Shown here one piece after another: positions 12,855 to 27,103 of a stretch of DNA of 64,000 nt. The stretch spans positions 47,313,369-47,377,368 of the forward strand of contig NC_068994.1 in the NCBI RefSeq assembly GCF_001194135.2. The letters run 5' to 3'. Position numbers and translations under genes: made by a program. The DNA comes from Octopus bimaculoides (taxonomy: Eukaryota). The notes below the pieces were generated by a model that did no database searches, was not told where the DNA came from, and worked only from the letters and a program-made list of their open reading frames with translations. Every line of letters begins with the position of its first letter. Position 1 is the stretch's first letter.

Positions 12855-13582
12855 TGTATATGGGTAGTACATGTTTCATGTATTTTAATATCTTTCGACA
12901 CGTGATATCTTTCGAGCGAGACCGTTGCCAGTGGCCCTGGACTGGCTCTTGTGCGGGTGACACATGAAATGTTTCGAGCGGGATCATTGCCAGTGCCCAT
13001 AGACTGGCTCATGTGCGAGAGACACATGAAATCTTTCAAGTGGGATCGATGCCATTGCCCCTGGACTGGCTCATGTGCGGGCGACACATGAAATCTTTCG
13101 AGCGAGAACGTTGCCGGTGCCCCTGGGCCAGCTTGCGGGTGACACATGAGGTTTTTCGAGCGGGATCGTTTGCCAGTGCCCCCGGACTGGCTCATGTGCG
13201 GGCGACACATGATATCTTTCGTGCGAGATTGTNNNNNNNNNNTGTATATGGGTAGTACATGTTTCATGTATTTTAATATCTTTCGACACGTGATATCTTT
13301 CGAGCGAGACCGTTGCCAGTGGCCCTGGACTGGCTCTTGTGCGGGTGGCACATAAAAGACACCATTTCGAGCGTGGCCGTTTTCGTGCGGGTGACACGTA
13401 AAAGCACCCACTACACTCTCTGAGTGGTTGGCATTAGGAAGGGCATCCAGCTGTAGAAACTCTGCCAAATTAGATTGGAGCCTGGTGTTGCCATCCGGTT
13501 TCACCAGTCCTCAGTCAAATCGTCCAACCCATGCTAGCATGGAAGGCGGACGTTAAACGATGATGATGATGATGATGATGAT
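12855..13582 (+). mobile_element. RTE 3'-UTR-type element with tandem ~60-bp modules and (GAT)n tail
   Basis: At least 5 units of ga(t/a)atctttcgagcg...ttgccagtg...gactggctc.tgtgcggg.gacacat, then aaaagcacccactacactctc...gcatccagctgtagaaac...catggaaggcggacgttaaacgatgatgat. The tail is shared with 44340-44537 and 52870-53062. Confidence 0.85.
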
Positions 13583-13589
13583 CAAAAGT

Positions 13590-13730
13590 ATGTAGTGTGT
13601 CTGCTGAGGTCAACTTTCCTTTTCATCCTTTCGAAGTTGATAAAATAAGTACCAGTTGAGTACTGGGGTCAATGTAATTGACTTACCCCAACCCCTGAAA
13701 CTGCTGGCCTTGTGCCAAAATTTGAACCAA
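13590..13730 (+). mobile_element. SINE family B fragment
   Basis: gaggtcaactttccttttcatccttt...aaataagtaccagttgagtactggggtcaatgtaattgac...ggccttgtgccaaaatttgaa. Confidence 0.8.
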
Positions 13731-14519
13731 TAATATGTACTATGTATGTGAGGTGTGTATGAATGTTATTTTCGTATAATGTACATTTGTGAGTGTGTTT
13801 TTGTGAGTATATTTACAATATATTTACACACTGTGTATATTCAGTTTATGAAAATGTTTGTAGGCCTTGCATGTCTTATTTATAGTGGGTGTTTATAGGA
13901 TGTTAAATGTGTTTGTGTATCATATGCATTGATGTAGTGTGTGTATATTAAAAAGTGTATGTTAATATATATATGATGTGAATTACCTATATAAATTTAG
14001 TTATATGAACAATGTATGTTAATACATATTGTGCACCTTGTGTGTGTTTACCTGTATATATCATCTATGTAACTGTTTGCATTTCAAATATCAGTTTGCA
14101 TTTAACAGTTTGCATTTCAAATATGTGATGTAGTGTATGTGTGTGTGTGTTTTAGGGACTATATATTGTGCATACTGTAATCATATCTTTTACTGTTTGT
14201 GTTATATTTTATCATATGTGTGCTATAATCACTGGCTATATTGTAGATGAATGAGAGTATTTAATGAAAAAGGTATACCAGTGTGTGAATTTAGTTGTAT
14301 ATAACATTGTTTATATGTAACAGTTTGCATGTAATGTATGCTAATGCATTTATAATGTCTACATTTCCATGGTGCGTATGTAATATCTGTTAATGTATTA
14401 CTATGTTTTGTGTGTGCTAGTTGGTAATTCTAAAGCATGTATATATAAATAGTGAGTGAGTCATATGTGTATTGATAAAATGTGTGCACATACATACACA
14501 CATACAGCAACATATATAT

Positions 14520-14561
<42 letters not shown>

Positions 14562-15824
14562 TGTATGTGTGAAATGTGTATCAGTATAATGTGTGCACAT
14601 TAAATACATGCACATATATCTGAGATATAAGCAAATTCATATGTATATCTGTCGTATATTCTACGCAAACATACATTACTACCCATCATTATGTATACAC
14701 ACACACACACACACACACACCCGTTCCATAGGGTGGGGCTCTGTTCGATGAGACAGATGAACATAAGGTTAATGCAGTTGATGTGAAATATTAATGTTGC
14801 ATTTGTGTGAGAGAGGAGGAGGAAAGAGAAAATACATCATGTACAATTGATATGGTTTTTATATATGTTGTGCATGTATGTATGTATGTATGAATGTATG
14901 TATGTATGTAAGTGTGTGAGCAAGAGGGAGAATATACTTTCACATCACACACATACACAAAACACTATTTGTGTGTGTGTGCGTGTGTATACACACACAC
15001 ACACACACACACATTTGTGTATGTTTGTGTCTGTGCATGTTTATGGTATACAGTGAGTCTTTTGTATGTGTCCAAGTCCAAGTGCTTGGTTGACTGGCTG
15101 TTGTTGACCGATGTGGCTTTGTTTTCTAGGGAGGGAGGAAGACAGAAAGAAAGAAGTTGATGACGATGATGATGATGACGGACAGTGAGTCATATGATTA
15201 AAGACAGTGTGGATGCAGAAGAGGATGCTGCTGCAGCTGTTGTCACATTGCCTATAATCAGCTGACTAGCAGCACTGGTCAGACTCCAACCTCACACCTC
15301 ACTCTTTCTCTAATTTTCGCTCACCTTTCTCATTCTTTCTTACTCTCTCTTCTTTCTTTTTCTCTCTCTCTTTTCTCTCTTTCTTTCTTTCTTCATCTCT
15401 TCTCTATGTGTCCAACATAACTAAACCCCAAACTCCAATTTAGCCTTTATCAGGCTCTTCGACTTCTAGTTCATCCATTTGTTGCTGTTGTGGCTTTACC
15501 GTTTTATTGTCTTTGACATATTTCCACATGTGACTTACTTCCTTCCTTCTTCTCTTCTCTCTCTCTATTCGCACTCTCTGCTGAAGTCAGTGTAGAAGAG
15601 ACGCTGCCATACAGACATTGCGTTATCTCTGTCATAGCTAATAATATATTTATATATCATATTAATAGTAATGATTTCTTGTTTGCCACAAGGGCAACAG
15701 AAACATAGTGGGGAAAAAAATGCAATTATTGATGTTGATATACATACATACATATATATGTGTATATGTTTTTGTATATCTCTCAATATATATATACACA
15801 CACAATGAAATATATAAGTATGCA

Positions 15825-15880
<56 letters not shown>

Positions 15881-15922
15881 CTCAATCCAGCCTTTCCTTC
15901 ATTCTTACAAATATTTATATAT

Positions 15923-15953
<31 letters not shown>

Positions 15954-16129
15954 TTACTGGCTGCGATCATGCTGCAGGAAATGTTTTCAACTGCTGTATT
16001 AGGGCCCTTAGAAAGACAAAGTCAAGCTCCATGGGGTTTGAACTCAGAACAAATTTGGAGCATGAACATATATAATCAAATACCACAAAGCATTTTCACT
16101 CAGAGGTTAACAACAACCAGTGATTTATG

Positions 16130-16334
16130 ATTAAGGCACAGGGCCAACAATTTAGCAAGAAGTGGGTTAATCGGATAAAATCAACCCTGGTACTTGATTG
16201 GTAATTTATTGTCCCTGGCTGGAGAAAACCAAAATTGACCTCTGTAAGATTTGAACCTGGAACATAAAGAGCCAAAACAAATATCACAAAGCATTTTTTC
16301 CAGTGCTTTGTTTCTACTGGTGATAATAATGATG

Positions 16335-16367
<33 letters not shown>

Positions 16368-16570
16368 TGGTTTCAAATTCTGGCACAAGGCCAGCAATTT
16401 CAGGTGTGGAGTAAGTTGATTACATCAACCCCAGTGTTCAACTGGTACTTATTTTATCAACCCCTAAAGGACGAAAGTCAAAGTCGACCTTGACAGAATT
16501 TGAACCCAGAACGTAAAGACAAATGAAATACCACTAACCATTTTGTCTGGTGTGCTAATGATTCTGCGAC
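16130..16570 (-). mobile_element. Two SINE family B copies separated by (AAT)n
   Basis: Reverse complement of the family B consensus at 16130-16310 and 16365-16570. Confidence 0.8.
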
Positions 16571-17168
16571 ACCCTAATAATAATAATAATAATAATAGTG
16601 TCTTTATAGGCAACAATGGATTACCTATAAGCATACACCTAAGCACATTCCAGAAATAACAGTATCACTGTCTATAAAAGTTGTATGTTTGTTAGCATTT
16701 TATCCCAAAATGTATTGAATTCTTTGTAGTCTAAGATGGGACATTCTTGTAATTTTTAAAAAATAGTAATTTCTAATGTGGGCACAATAATAGATACTTT
16801 GTCGGGAGGAGGACATTATCAATTATATTGACCTAATTCTATGCTGGCACTTCAATCGAAAAAAATAAAAGGCAACATCTACCTTAGTGTGATTTGAACT
16901 CAGAAAGTAAGTGGCTGTAAAAAAATACTAGGAAATATTTTATCTGGTGATAGTCTACTGAAGATGATATTAATTAACATGATATTTACATGGTTATCAT
17001 TGAGTACTGAAGTCATTATAATTAACTATACACATCTCCCCACAATTATAATTTCATGTTGATGTTAGAAATTATGATGATGTTTACAAGGTAAGATAAT
17101 AGCCAGGTTCAATTTTATTAGTAGTGAGGATTATATAAATACACATGCATACATTTATGGATGCATAA

Positions 17169-17226
<58 letters not shown>

Positions 17227-17797
17227 TTTACATACATAAGGCTATAAAAGGTGTGATTTGAGGCTTACAACTGATATCTCTATCATACCTAGCTACCATG
17301 CTATCACATAGTGGTCCCTCAGTGGCTCATATACTTACATACTCACACACACACACTAAAAACAGTAGAGTTTGGTTTTAGGGAAATTTAGCTGCTATTT
17401 CTGTCAAATCTAGCTAACATTTAGACGTCTTATTAGCTTATGTGTATATGTGTATGTATGTACATGTGTGTATGGATGTGCATGCGTGTGCATGCATGTA
17501 TTTCTGTATGCAAGCATACAGAATGAGAAACAAAAACAAGCTAGATTGTTACACTAGATTTTCAGCAGTCGTTTCTATCTGTTCTGAAGTCAGCATAATA
17601 TCTAACTCCTTTACTACTGTTGTTATTCGTTAGTTAACTTGCAGCTTTTCTACCCTGATTACAGGTTCACATTTGTACCTAATAATCATTAGTGTGAACT
17701 TGATTGCATTTGCAAAAATGTTGAACCAGTGACCTTGAACTCTGTGTAGCGTGTATCTATATCCATATTAATTGTAAGGTCAACTGTAACTGTAAGA

Positions 17798-17829
<32 letters not shown>

Positions 17830-18514
17830 ATATTTTAATGATCAGAGATACGTATCAATGGATGAAAATCTCTATTCTTGGTCACTTCATGAGTAACTGA
17901 AGCATTGTAGAATAAAAGCGTTTAGTCCAGGAATGCAGTAAATTTGAACTTGTGACTTAAGGCTAAGCAGTACAACAACTTACCAACTCTACTGGTTCAC
18001 TACTATAGATTTTGTCTCCCCTGCACTTAAGTTAATGAGGGAACCTCTATGTAGTGGTTTGATCTGGTAGAAATAGCCACCAAATTTCCCTCTAATCATT
18101 CTTTACTGTCTTAGAATAAAAAAAAAAGATCAAGGAGACACATTGAATAATATAATCCTAGATAGACTGGGTAGTCACAACTGAAATACTTTTGATCATA
18201 GGTCTGCTGTCAAAGCTGTCTTGGTCACCAGGCAGTTCACACACACACACACACACACACACGTCCATGCCAACTGACGACCACATATTTTCTGAACTCC
18301 GAATTCTAAAGTGACATTACCAAATACACCACAGTATTTTCACTTGACAATCTACTGATTCTATATCGTCTTCTATATCGAAATCAGACTAGTATAGTTT
18401 GAATGAAGCATTGTGTGACAGGGTAGGTAGAATTGCTTAAAATGCCAACTGGAAATACGGGAATGAAAGCAGAAGTAAGGAAGGTAAAAATTACAGGTTA
18501 CTGTTTACTGTCAG

Positions 18515-18718
18515 CATCCATCTGCATCACATGACTGCACTGGTCTGATCATGTGATATGGATGGACACTGACAGTTCCATAAAAAAGTGCTGATCTCTC
18601 AAAGCGACTGGAACATATGAAAGTGGGAAACTTTGGAAGACATGGGGTGAAGTACTGAAGAATGACCTCAAGAAGCTGAACTTTTCAGGTGAGATGACAA
18701 AGGGTCGTGATACCTGGT
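18515..18718 (+). pseudogene. Degraded RTE LINE ORF C-terminal fragment
   Basis: Reads ...HVIWMDTDSSIKKC*SLKATGTYESGKLWKTWGEVLKNDLKKLNFSGEMTKGRDTW, colinear with the RTE C-terminus at 43750-43925. Confidence 0.7.
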
Positions 18719-18935
18719 GCGTGATTCTGAGTTCAAATTCTGCCGAGGTCAACTTTGTCATCCTTTCGGGGTCAATATATTAAGTACCAGTGAAACACTG
18801 GATCGATGTAATTTCAGGCCTTGTGCTTTTAGTAGAAAGGATTATCGTTATTATTATTACCCATTGAACAAAGGGGTCGATGTAATCAACTTGAACCCCT
18901 CCCTCAAAATTGCTGCCCTTGTGGCAAAATAAGAA
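18715..18935 (+). mobile_element. SINE family B
   Basis: gttcaaattctgccgaggtcaactttgtcatcctttcggggtcaatatattaagtaccagtg. Confidence 0.8.
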
Positions 18936-19324
18936 ACCATTATTGTTGTTGTTGTTGTTGTTGGGAACTTTGCCAGAATTTTTGTTAGTTTTTGGTGTGG
19001 TTGATGAGTTTGGAATATGCTTTGGAAAGGGGATAAAAAAATTTCATCCCTCCTATAATTTTCACTTACTGCTCATAGAATTTTGTTTATATGTTTAGTT
19101 AGGGATTTAGTTATTTCTGTGTAATAGGGGGTGCTGTTAAATGGCAGGATAAAGNNNNNNNNNNNNNNNNNNNNNNNNNNNNNNNNNNNNNNNNNNNNNN
19201 NNNNNNNNNNNNNNNNNNNNNNNNNNNNNNNNNNNNNNNNNNNNNNNNNNNNNNNNNNNNNNNNNNNNNNNNNNNNNNNNNNNNNNNNNNNNNNNNNNNN
19301 NNNNNNNNNNNNNNNNNNNNNNNN

Positions 19325-19355
<31 letters not shown>

Positions 19356-20897
19356 CACATACACTCACTCACTCACACACACACACACACACACATTGCT
19401 CCTCCTTTTGTGAGCACAGGGTTCAAATGCTTTCACTTTAAAACATGGGATAGTGGCATCTTGAAATAAAATGATACCATAATATATTTGAGGGCACTTA
19501 GTCCAAACTGCCACCATTTCTGCAACTGTTTCACATTCAGTGTGGGTAGAATGAAATGTGTATTGAAGAAATATATTAATAACTTGATTTGAATTTGAAT
19601 AAGTAGAAGAATAGTGAAACTGGTGCATACTTTGATAGCCATGGACTGAAGTTGATTAAAGATATCTGTCAATCATAAGAGAAATTGAGAGAGAAAATTT
19701 GTAAGAACTGCAGTTGATGACAGACATCAGAGGCTTAAAAGTTAATGCTTATGCCTAACCTGATGGTGTTAAAGTAGATGGGAGACGATGAGTTCCCAGG
19801 TGGATAGGATAGCTGTCTATCTGTTTTGAGTGACATTTCCAGAAAAATCTTCTTAATCCTGATAAGCTGTTGAGACTGAGGTGATATAGAAACGAAGGGA
19901 CTAAATTGAAACGAGACTAAACTGAAATGCATGCAGTGGATTGATTGCTACGCTCTGATATTTCAGTTTGAGGGTGGTGAAGAAAATATTTTAAATTCTA
20001 TAAAACACACACACACCCTCTCTCTCTTTCACTTACACACACACACACACATATATAAAAGCACATTCATTCAAAATTAATGATTCATTGCTCAGTCATA
20101 GATTTTGTTTATAAATTTTGGTAATTGCTTTACATCTATCTATCTATCTATCTATATGTTAGCTCTCTCCTCACCCACCCGCTATGTAACCCAGTTTATA
20201 CATAGATAGATAGAGAGTTACTATGTGTATTATATATATATATATATATATATATATNNNNNNNNNNNNNNNNNNNNNNNNNNNNNNNNNNNNNNNNNNN
20301 NNNNNNNNNNNNNNNNNNNNNNNNNNNNNNNNNNNNNNNNNNNNNNNNNNNNNNNNNNNNNNNNNNNNNNNNNNNNNNNNNNNNNNNNNNNNNNNNNNNN
20401 NNNNNNNNNNNNNNNNNNNNNNNNNNNNNNNNNNNNNNNNNNNNNNNNNNNNNNNNNNNNNNNNNNNNNNNNNNNNNNNNNNNNNNNNNNNNNNNNNNNN
20501 NNNNNNNNNNNNNNNNNNNNNNNNNNNNNNNNNNNNNNNNNNNNNNNNNNNNNNNNNNNNNNNNNNNNNNNNNNNNNNNNNNNNNNNNNNNNNNNNNNNN
20601 NNNNNNNNNNNNNNNNNNNNNNNNNNNNNNNNNNNNNNNNNNNNNNNNNNNNNNNNNNNNNNNNNNNNNNNNNNNNNNNNNNNNNNNNNNNNNNNNNNNN
20701 NNNNNNNNNNNNNNNNNNNNNNNNNNNNNNNNNNNNNNNNNNNNNNNNNNNNNNNNNNNNNNNNNNNNNNNNNNNNNNNNNNNNNNNNNNNNNNNNNNNN
20801 NNNNNNNNNNNNNNNNNNNNNNNNNNNNNNNNNNNNNNNNNNNNNNNNNNNNNNNNNNNNNNNNNNNNNNNNNNNNNNNNNNNNNNNNNNNNNNNNN

Positions 20898-20940
<43 letters not shown>

Positions 20941-21771
20941 CATATATACGATGGGCTTCTTTCAGTTTCCGTCTACCAAATCCACTCACAAGGCTTATAT
21001 ATATTTTATATATATATTATATATATATGTATATATATATATTATATATATAGTTTTTCTATATATATATTTTATATATATTATATATATGTATTTTATA
21101 TATGTATTTTATATATATATTTTATATATATATATTATTTCATTACTATAGAAATTATCTGACTTCTCTTTATATTTTCCTTTCTTACTTTTTTTTTCCT
21201 CTTTCATTATTTTCTTTCTTTTTCTGTTCCTGTATTTTTTTTTTCTGTTTTTTTCTTATTTCCTTCACTTTTCTCTGCTCTTTTTTTTTTTGTCTTCTTT
21301 ATTTCAAACTACAACGCCATATGGAAAATGGTATAAATCAATGAAATGAAATGGTGCTTGAACCATTCTATATTGGCATAGAGCTAAATAACTTAATTGT
21401 CTGTTTCTGCTTGTATGTGTATGTGTACGTGCGTAGATTCAGTATGTAATTGTGTATGTGCATTCATGCTTTTCATCATAACTACCATTATTAACAATAG
21501 CCACATCAACATATTCTATTATATATGTAATGGAAATTTTGCTTCATCAGATATAAGTCAATTAACTGGCAGCCTTACTTCAGTCTGCTGTCATTATTAT
21601 TATTACTATTATTTTAATTATTATTATTTCTAATCTCCACCACTTTTATTTCCTCTATACATATATGTATGAATTTGTATGTATGTATGTATGTATGTAT
21701 GTATGTATGTTTGTACTATGTATGTGTGTGCATATATGTGTGTGTGTATATATATATATGTGTGTGCATAT

Positions 21772-21817
<46 letters not shown>

Positions 21818-22341
21818 GTATCTATGTATTTATTTGCATGTATGTGTGTATGTATGTATGTGTGTGTATATATTTGTATGTCTATGTATCTGTGTATATG
21901 TATGCATCTGTGTGTATATATGTTTTTGTGTATAGATATTTATGTATGTTTTTGTATTATATTTTGTGAATACTTAAGGGTTTATTTGTAATAAGTAAAT
22001 ATCAGTAATGTGCAGGGGGCCACTTAAATCAACTATACCTTGTACACCAAAACTTGAAATATTGCCAAATTTTTATATCTTTATTCTAATGATATTGAAT
22101 TTTGGCAAATTATTATAAAGATGGTGGATTGGCAGAAATATTAAAGTGTTACACAAAATGTGTTGCATATTTGTTCCAGCTTTTCATGATTTAGGTTCAA
22201 ATCCTGTTGAGGTTAACTTTCAATCCCTCCTGGAACAATAAAGTAGGGTACCAGTGAAATACTGGGATCAATGTAATCTACAGAACCACTCTTATTAATA
22301 TTGTTTAATGTCTAAATCAGACAATAATTATATTATTATGC

Positions 22342-22500
22342 ACAGGCATGGCTCTGTGGTAAGAAGCTTGCTTCCCAACCACACGGTTCCAGGTCCCGTC
22401 CCACCGTGTAATACCTTGGGCATGTGTCTTCTGCTGTAGTCTTGGACTGATCAAAGCCTTGTGAGTGGATTTGGTACATGGAAACATAAAAAAAGCCTGT
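22342..22500 (+). mobile_element. SINE family A 5' half
   Basis: caggcatggctctgtggtaagaagcttgcttcccaaccac...accttgggcatgtgtcttctg...gagtggatttggta. The A-box-like tggctctgtgg and the CORE-like ccttgggca motif are present. Confidence 0.85.
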
Positions 22501-22507
22501 CAATTTC

Positions 22508-22562
<55 letters not shown>

Positions 22563-22963
22563 GTATATATATGCACTGAAATGACTTGATAGGTCCACAT
22601 TCATATGCTGAAATGAACTGATAGCTCCACATATAACATCCTAAGGTATGTCTTTTTATCTTTGATGAAATTATGCTCATGTTACATAAATGCAAATTTA
22701 ATGTACAAATTTGTAATTAAAGTATCAAGTATTAATTGAAACGGCTGTAAGAAGCGAAGATGACCAATTTGTTAATAATAAATAATTGCTAACTTCCTTA
22801 CCTTCATTTTCTTTACTTCTTTTAACTGGATATAAACTATATGCTTAATATATACCTATCGTTTTTAAGGGAATTTCATTCTCCAACAATACTAGGTATT
22901 GAACCAGTACTTCTTTGGCTGCAACCATCCCTTCACGAGGTTAACATATCCTCTAATTACATT

Positions 22964-23021
<58 letters not shown>

Positions 23022-23034
23022 TATNNNNNNNNNN

Positions 23035-23395
23035 TGTGTGTGTGTTTGTCTTTGTGTCGGTGTTTGTCCCCCACCACTGATTGACAACTGGTGTTGGTGT
23101 GTTTACATCTACAAAAGAGACCAATAGAACAAATACTAGGCTTCAAAAAAAAAAAAAATGTACTGGGGTCACTTCATTCCACTAAGAATATTTCAAGGCA
23201 ATGTAAATAATGTACAAATACACGCACTCACACACACACATGATGGGCCTCTTTCAGTTTCCACCTACCAAATCTTTGGTTACTCCAAGGCTAGAGTTGA
23301 AGACATTTGTTCCAAGGTTCCATGCAATGGAATTGAACCTGGAACCATGTGGTTGGGGAAGCAAGCTTCTCACCCCACAGCCTCACCTGTGCCTA
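23035..23395. mobile_element. SINE family A 3' half (+, 23035-23200) followed by an inverted 5' half (-, 23238-23395)
   Basis: tgtttgtccccccaccac...gacaactggtgttgg...aaaagagaccaatagaa, then gatgggcctctttcagtttccacctaccaaatc...ccatgtggttggggaagcaagcttct. Confidence 0.8.
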
Positions 23396-25225
23396 TATTA
23401 GAAATAATGACTATAAACAAAACATTATAATGATTTCTTACACTGAAATAAGGGCTGAAATTTGAGGAATGGGTGTCTATAGTTGATTCTTTTTTTTTTA
23501 TTACAGTTTATGATTGATCCTTTATCCTATCAATCCTGGGAAGATGAAAGGCAAATTGATCTCAGCAGGATTTGAACTCAAAACATAAAGAGCTGTAACT
23601 AAACTGTACAGTGGAGCATTTTGTTCAATGTTCTAACAATTTCTTTTATTGGTTACAATGTATTTATAATGCAACAAATTTTGAAGGAAGTGGTATTATA
23701 AATCAACTGTAGTACTTGACTGGTACCTTTTTTTTTTATCGATCTTGAAAAGATGAAGCATAGGTTAGTCCTTAATAATAATAACTATTAATACAAATTT
23801 TTGTTATATTTTATATTCTGTTAATGCTATTTGATTGTTTCTTGTTTTTTTTTTACTTTATTGTTTACATGGTGTGTGTGTGTGTTTCATATATGATTGT
23901 GTGTGTTTTATAATTGTTGTATATGTTTCATATATGATTGTATTTGTGTGTCTATGTATGTACCAGATTTGGCTGCATGCTGTGTGTATGTGTTTGTATG
24001 ATTCATAGATGAGTGTACAGGTTTCGTTAAAAATACAACTTGTTTTACAAGAAATTTATATTGAATTTCTCATATTTTCATTTTTATTCTATTTTTTCAA
24101 CAATGTTATACTTTATTCTCAAGAGACGGTTCTGCACTCATAGTCTTTGTGGGCTCTGGCAGAGGGTTACAGTTAATGCAGTTAAGCTTGGATTACTGCT
24201 GGATGATTCATGTCAGTATTCGAGAGGATGGCCCTTATGGAGCATAAGTATGGGAGAGCTTGCTGTGCACTGCTTGTTAAGCACTTGATGAAATTTTCTA
24301 CGCCGTTTAACAAATATCTTACTGTGATCAATGACATCACATGTTCATTCTTAGATATCTCTAATTTATACAGGGTATCGCATGAAGTCAATCTGTAAAT
24401 GATCTCTCAACCTGCCAAAAATAGCAACCAGATCACCTCGTCCCATCCAACTATCTTTAAACGAATGACATAGTGGGTAGGGTAGTCAAAGACAACCATT
24501 GCCCGGAAAAAGTAGGATGGTTATAGCTAGAACTCCTTTTATCTTAGATCTGCTGTTAGGGTTTTCCTGGGGGTTAAACAGTGATTACTCACATCTATAG
24601 ACATTATATATGTCTGTGTATTTGCTTTTGTTTCATTGTTCAAAAATGTGCTGAGAATATTTTTAGGCTAAAATTTTGCACAGTCAACCATAATGTGTGA
24701 CTGGCTTTATAACATCAAGTGTTGCTTTGCTTTTCACCCTTTTTTCATTATTCTTCTCAAAACACTGTCAAAAAAACATTGTCAAAAATAAGCAATGTTT
24801 TTTTTTTTTTTTTTGGACACTTACATCTGGTCTATGACTGGAAACTACATGATCATAAGTTCAAACCTCCCTATTACTACTAGTACATCCATTCTTGTTC
24901 TTCAATACGTCAATCATGATAGAGCAAACCTACAATTAAAAATCATTCCAGATATGATCATCCCCATTTTTTAAAAAGGTATTAGAGTATGAACTTGAAA
25001 AAATTTAGCTGCTATTTCTTGTAAGTTGAGCAAACATAGAAACTCCTTGGTTTGTTATAGGTATTATATTGTATCTTTGTGCAAAGTACATTGCACAAAT
25101 TGCTCCAGTTTTCTTCACTAATTTTACATCTGCATCACTTTCTGGCATGGACTGGATGTTTTGTTGCTACTCTTTGAGCTGGGTCAGAGAACCATATCTC
25201 ACTATCTTAAATATGTAAGTACATG

Positions 25226-25279
<54 letters not shown>

Positions 25280-25378
25280 CAGATAATAGATATGGGTATG
25301 GTCGTGTGATTTAATCCCATTGTACAGTACCTTGAGCAAATATCTTCTATAGCTGAGGACTAATCAAAACCTGAGTGG

Positions 25379-25440
<62 letters not shown>

Positions 25441-26313
25441 ACGCATGTACAAATGTGTGTATTTGCGTTTGTTCACATCAATGATCATTTGTCTATAAGT
25501 AACAGTAAGCAGTATTGTTGTTGTATGTATGTACTCCTGACTGGTCACTTCCAGCCTTCAAAGCTGTGTAGAATAAAAGATCTCTTACTCAAAAAAATGG
25601 TTAAAGGTTAGTGTTAGGAAAGGCATCCAGGTGTAAAATAATGCCCCAAACCCATGCAAGCATGGAAAAATAGATGCAAAACAAACAATATATACAGACA
25701 TATATACATACATTATTAAATATATAAGAGGGAGTTTTCGAATGAGAGGTGTGATGAGAAATATATTTTTGAATAACTTTTGTTATTAGACCCCAGCCAA
25801 GCCAGATCGAGCAGAGCTTTAGTGAAAGGATTTCTGGCCATGACCATCTCGCCTTTTGATGCATCTATTGTCTAGCATACTCTTTCATTTTGAAAACAGT
25901 AAAGCATAATTTGAGAGAGAGAAAGATGACTGCTGTTTCTAGCAGGTTGAGCAAAGACCACATAGAAGATTCCTCTTTGGCCTGTCTATGAAATTGAAGA
26001 GAAAACAGAAGACCCAGCAGACAAATAACCTACATCAGCAAAGAATTATAAATAGCCAAGTTTAAAAAAACTCCAAAGATTCTCACCACAGCCAAAAGTG
26101 AAACTCATCACCCCCTCCTCCAGAATCTCTTGTTATTGAGTAATAGATGCTTACAACTAACTGGACTACTCTTTCTTCTTTGCAGACATTTTAAATTTAT
26201 TTATTTACCGTTACCTCTATGCATGTGTCTGTGTGTATATGTGCACATGTGTGTGTATATGTATGTGTATATATGTATGTCTGTGTATGTGTATGTATAT
26301 GTAAGTGTATGTG

Positions 26314-26352
<39 letters not shown>

Positions 26353-27033
26353 ATACACTTACATGTATATACAGACTAATATGTATATCTGTAGGTTTCA
26401 ATGCACTTATGCATAAGTGGTTACTTAAACATAGGCACACTGACACATACTGACATGCAAACAAACATACACTTGCACACGCATTCATACTCTGACATGC
26501 ATATGCACTTTTACATTGATGCTCTCATGCACACACTCGCTAACACAAACATGCTCTGGCACAAATACACACTGTCACACACTCATGCATATATATATAT
26601 ATATATATCCACACATCCACACTCTCAAATATGTATATGCTCTCATACATATATTCTCATACACATACATTTGCACACACACACATATTCACTCACACAT
26701 ACACACACTCATTCATACATACTCACTAAATCACTTACACACTCCTGCTTATCCATACATACATACATACATACATACATACACATGTACTCTCTCACTC
26801 ACCCACTCAGATACGAGCATGAAGAGTGTATATATATGTGTAAACCATCTCCTACTGATTTTGAATCAAATACATAGTGATTACATAAAAATTGAATTAT
26901 AGATTTTTATAAGATAAAAAAAATGGAAATATTCCACCTGAAGTTTAATATATAGAAACTGTTTGTATATATCTATCATAGATATGCCAGTACACACCAT
27001 ATGCACTAATCATATATCATTTGAACATACTGA

Positions 27034-27103
<70 letters not shown>

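Noticed and set aside
12900-13232. CRISPR-like regular array
   Set aside because: These are whole-unit tandem repeats without unique spacers, in a eukaryotic retroelement UTR with no cas genes.
14074-14120. Three gtttgcattt octamer-like motifs
   Set aside because: They arise from local duplication in low-complexity TG-rich DNA and mismatch the ATTTGCAT consensus.
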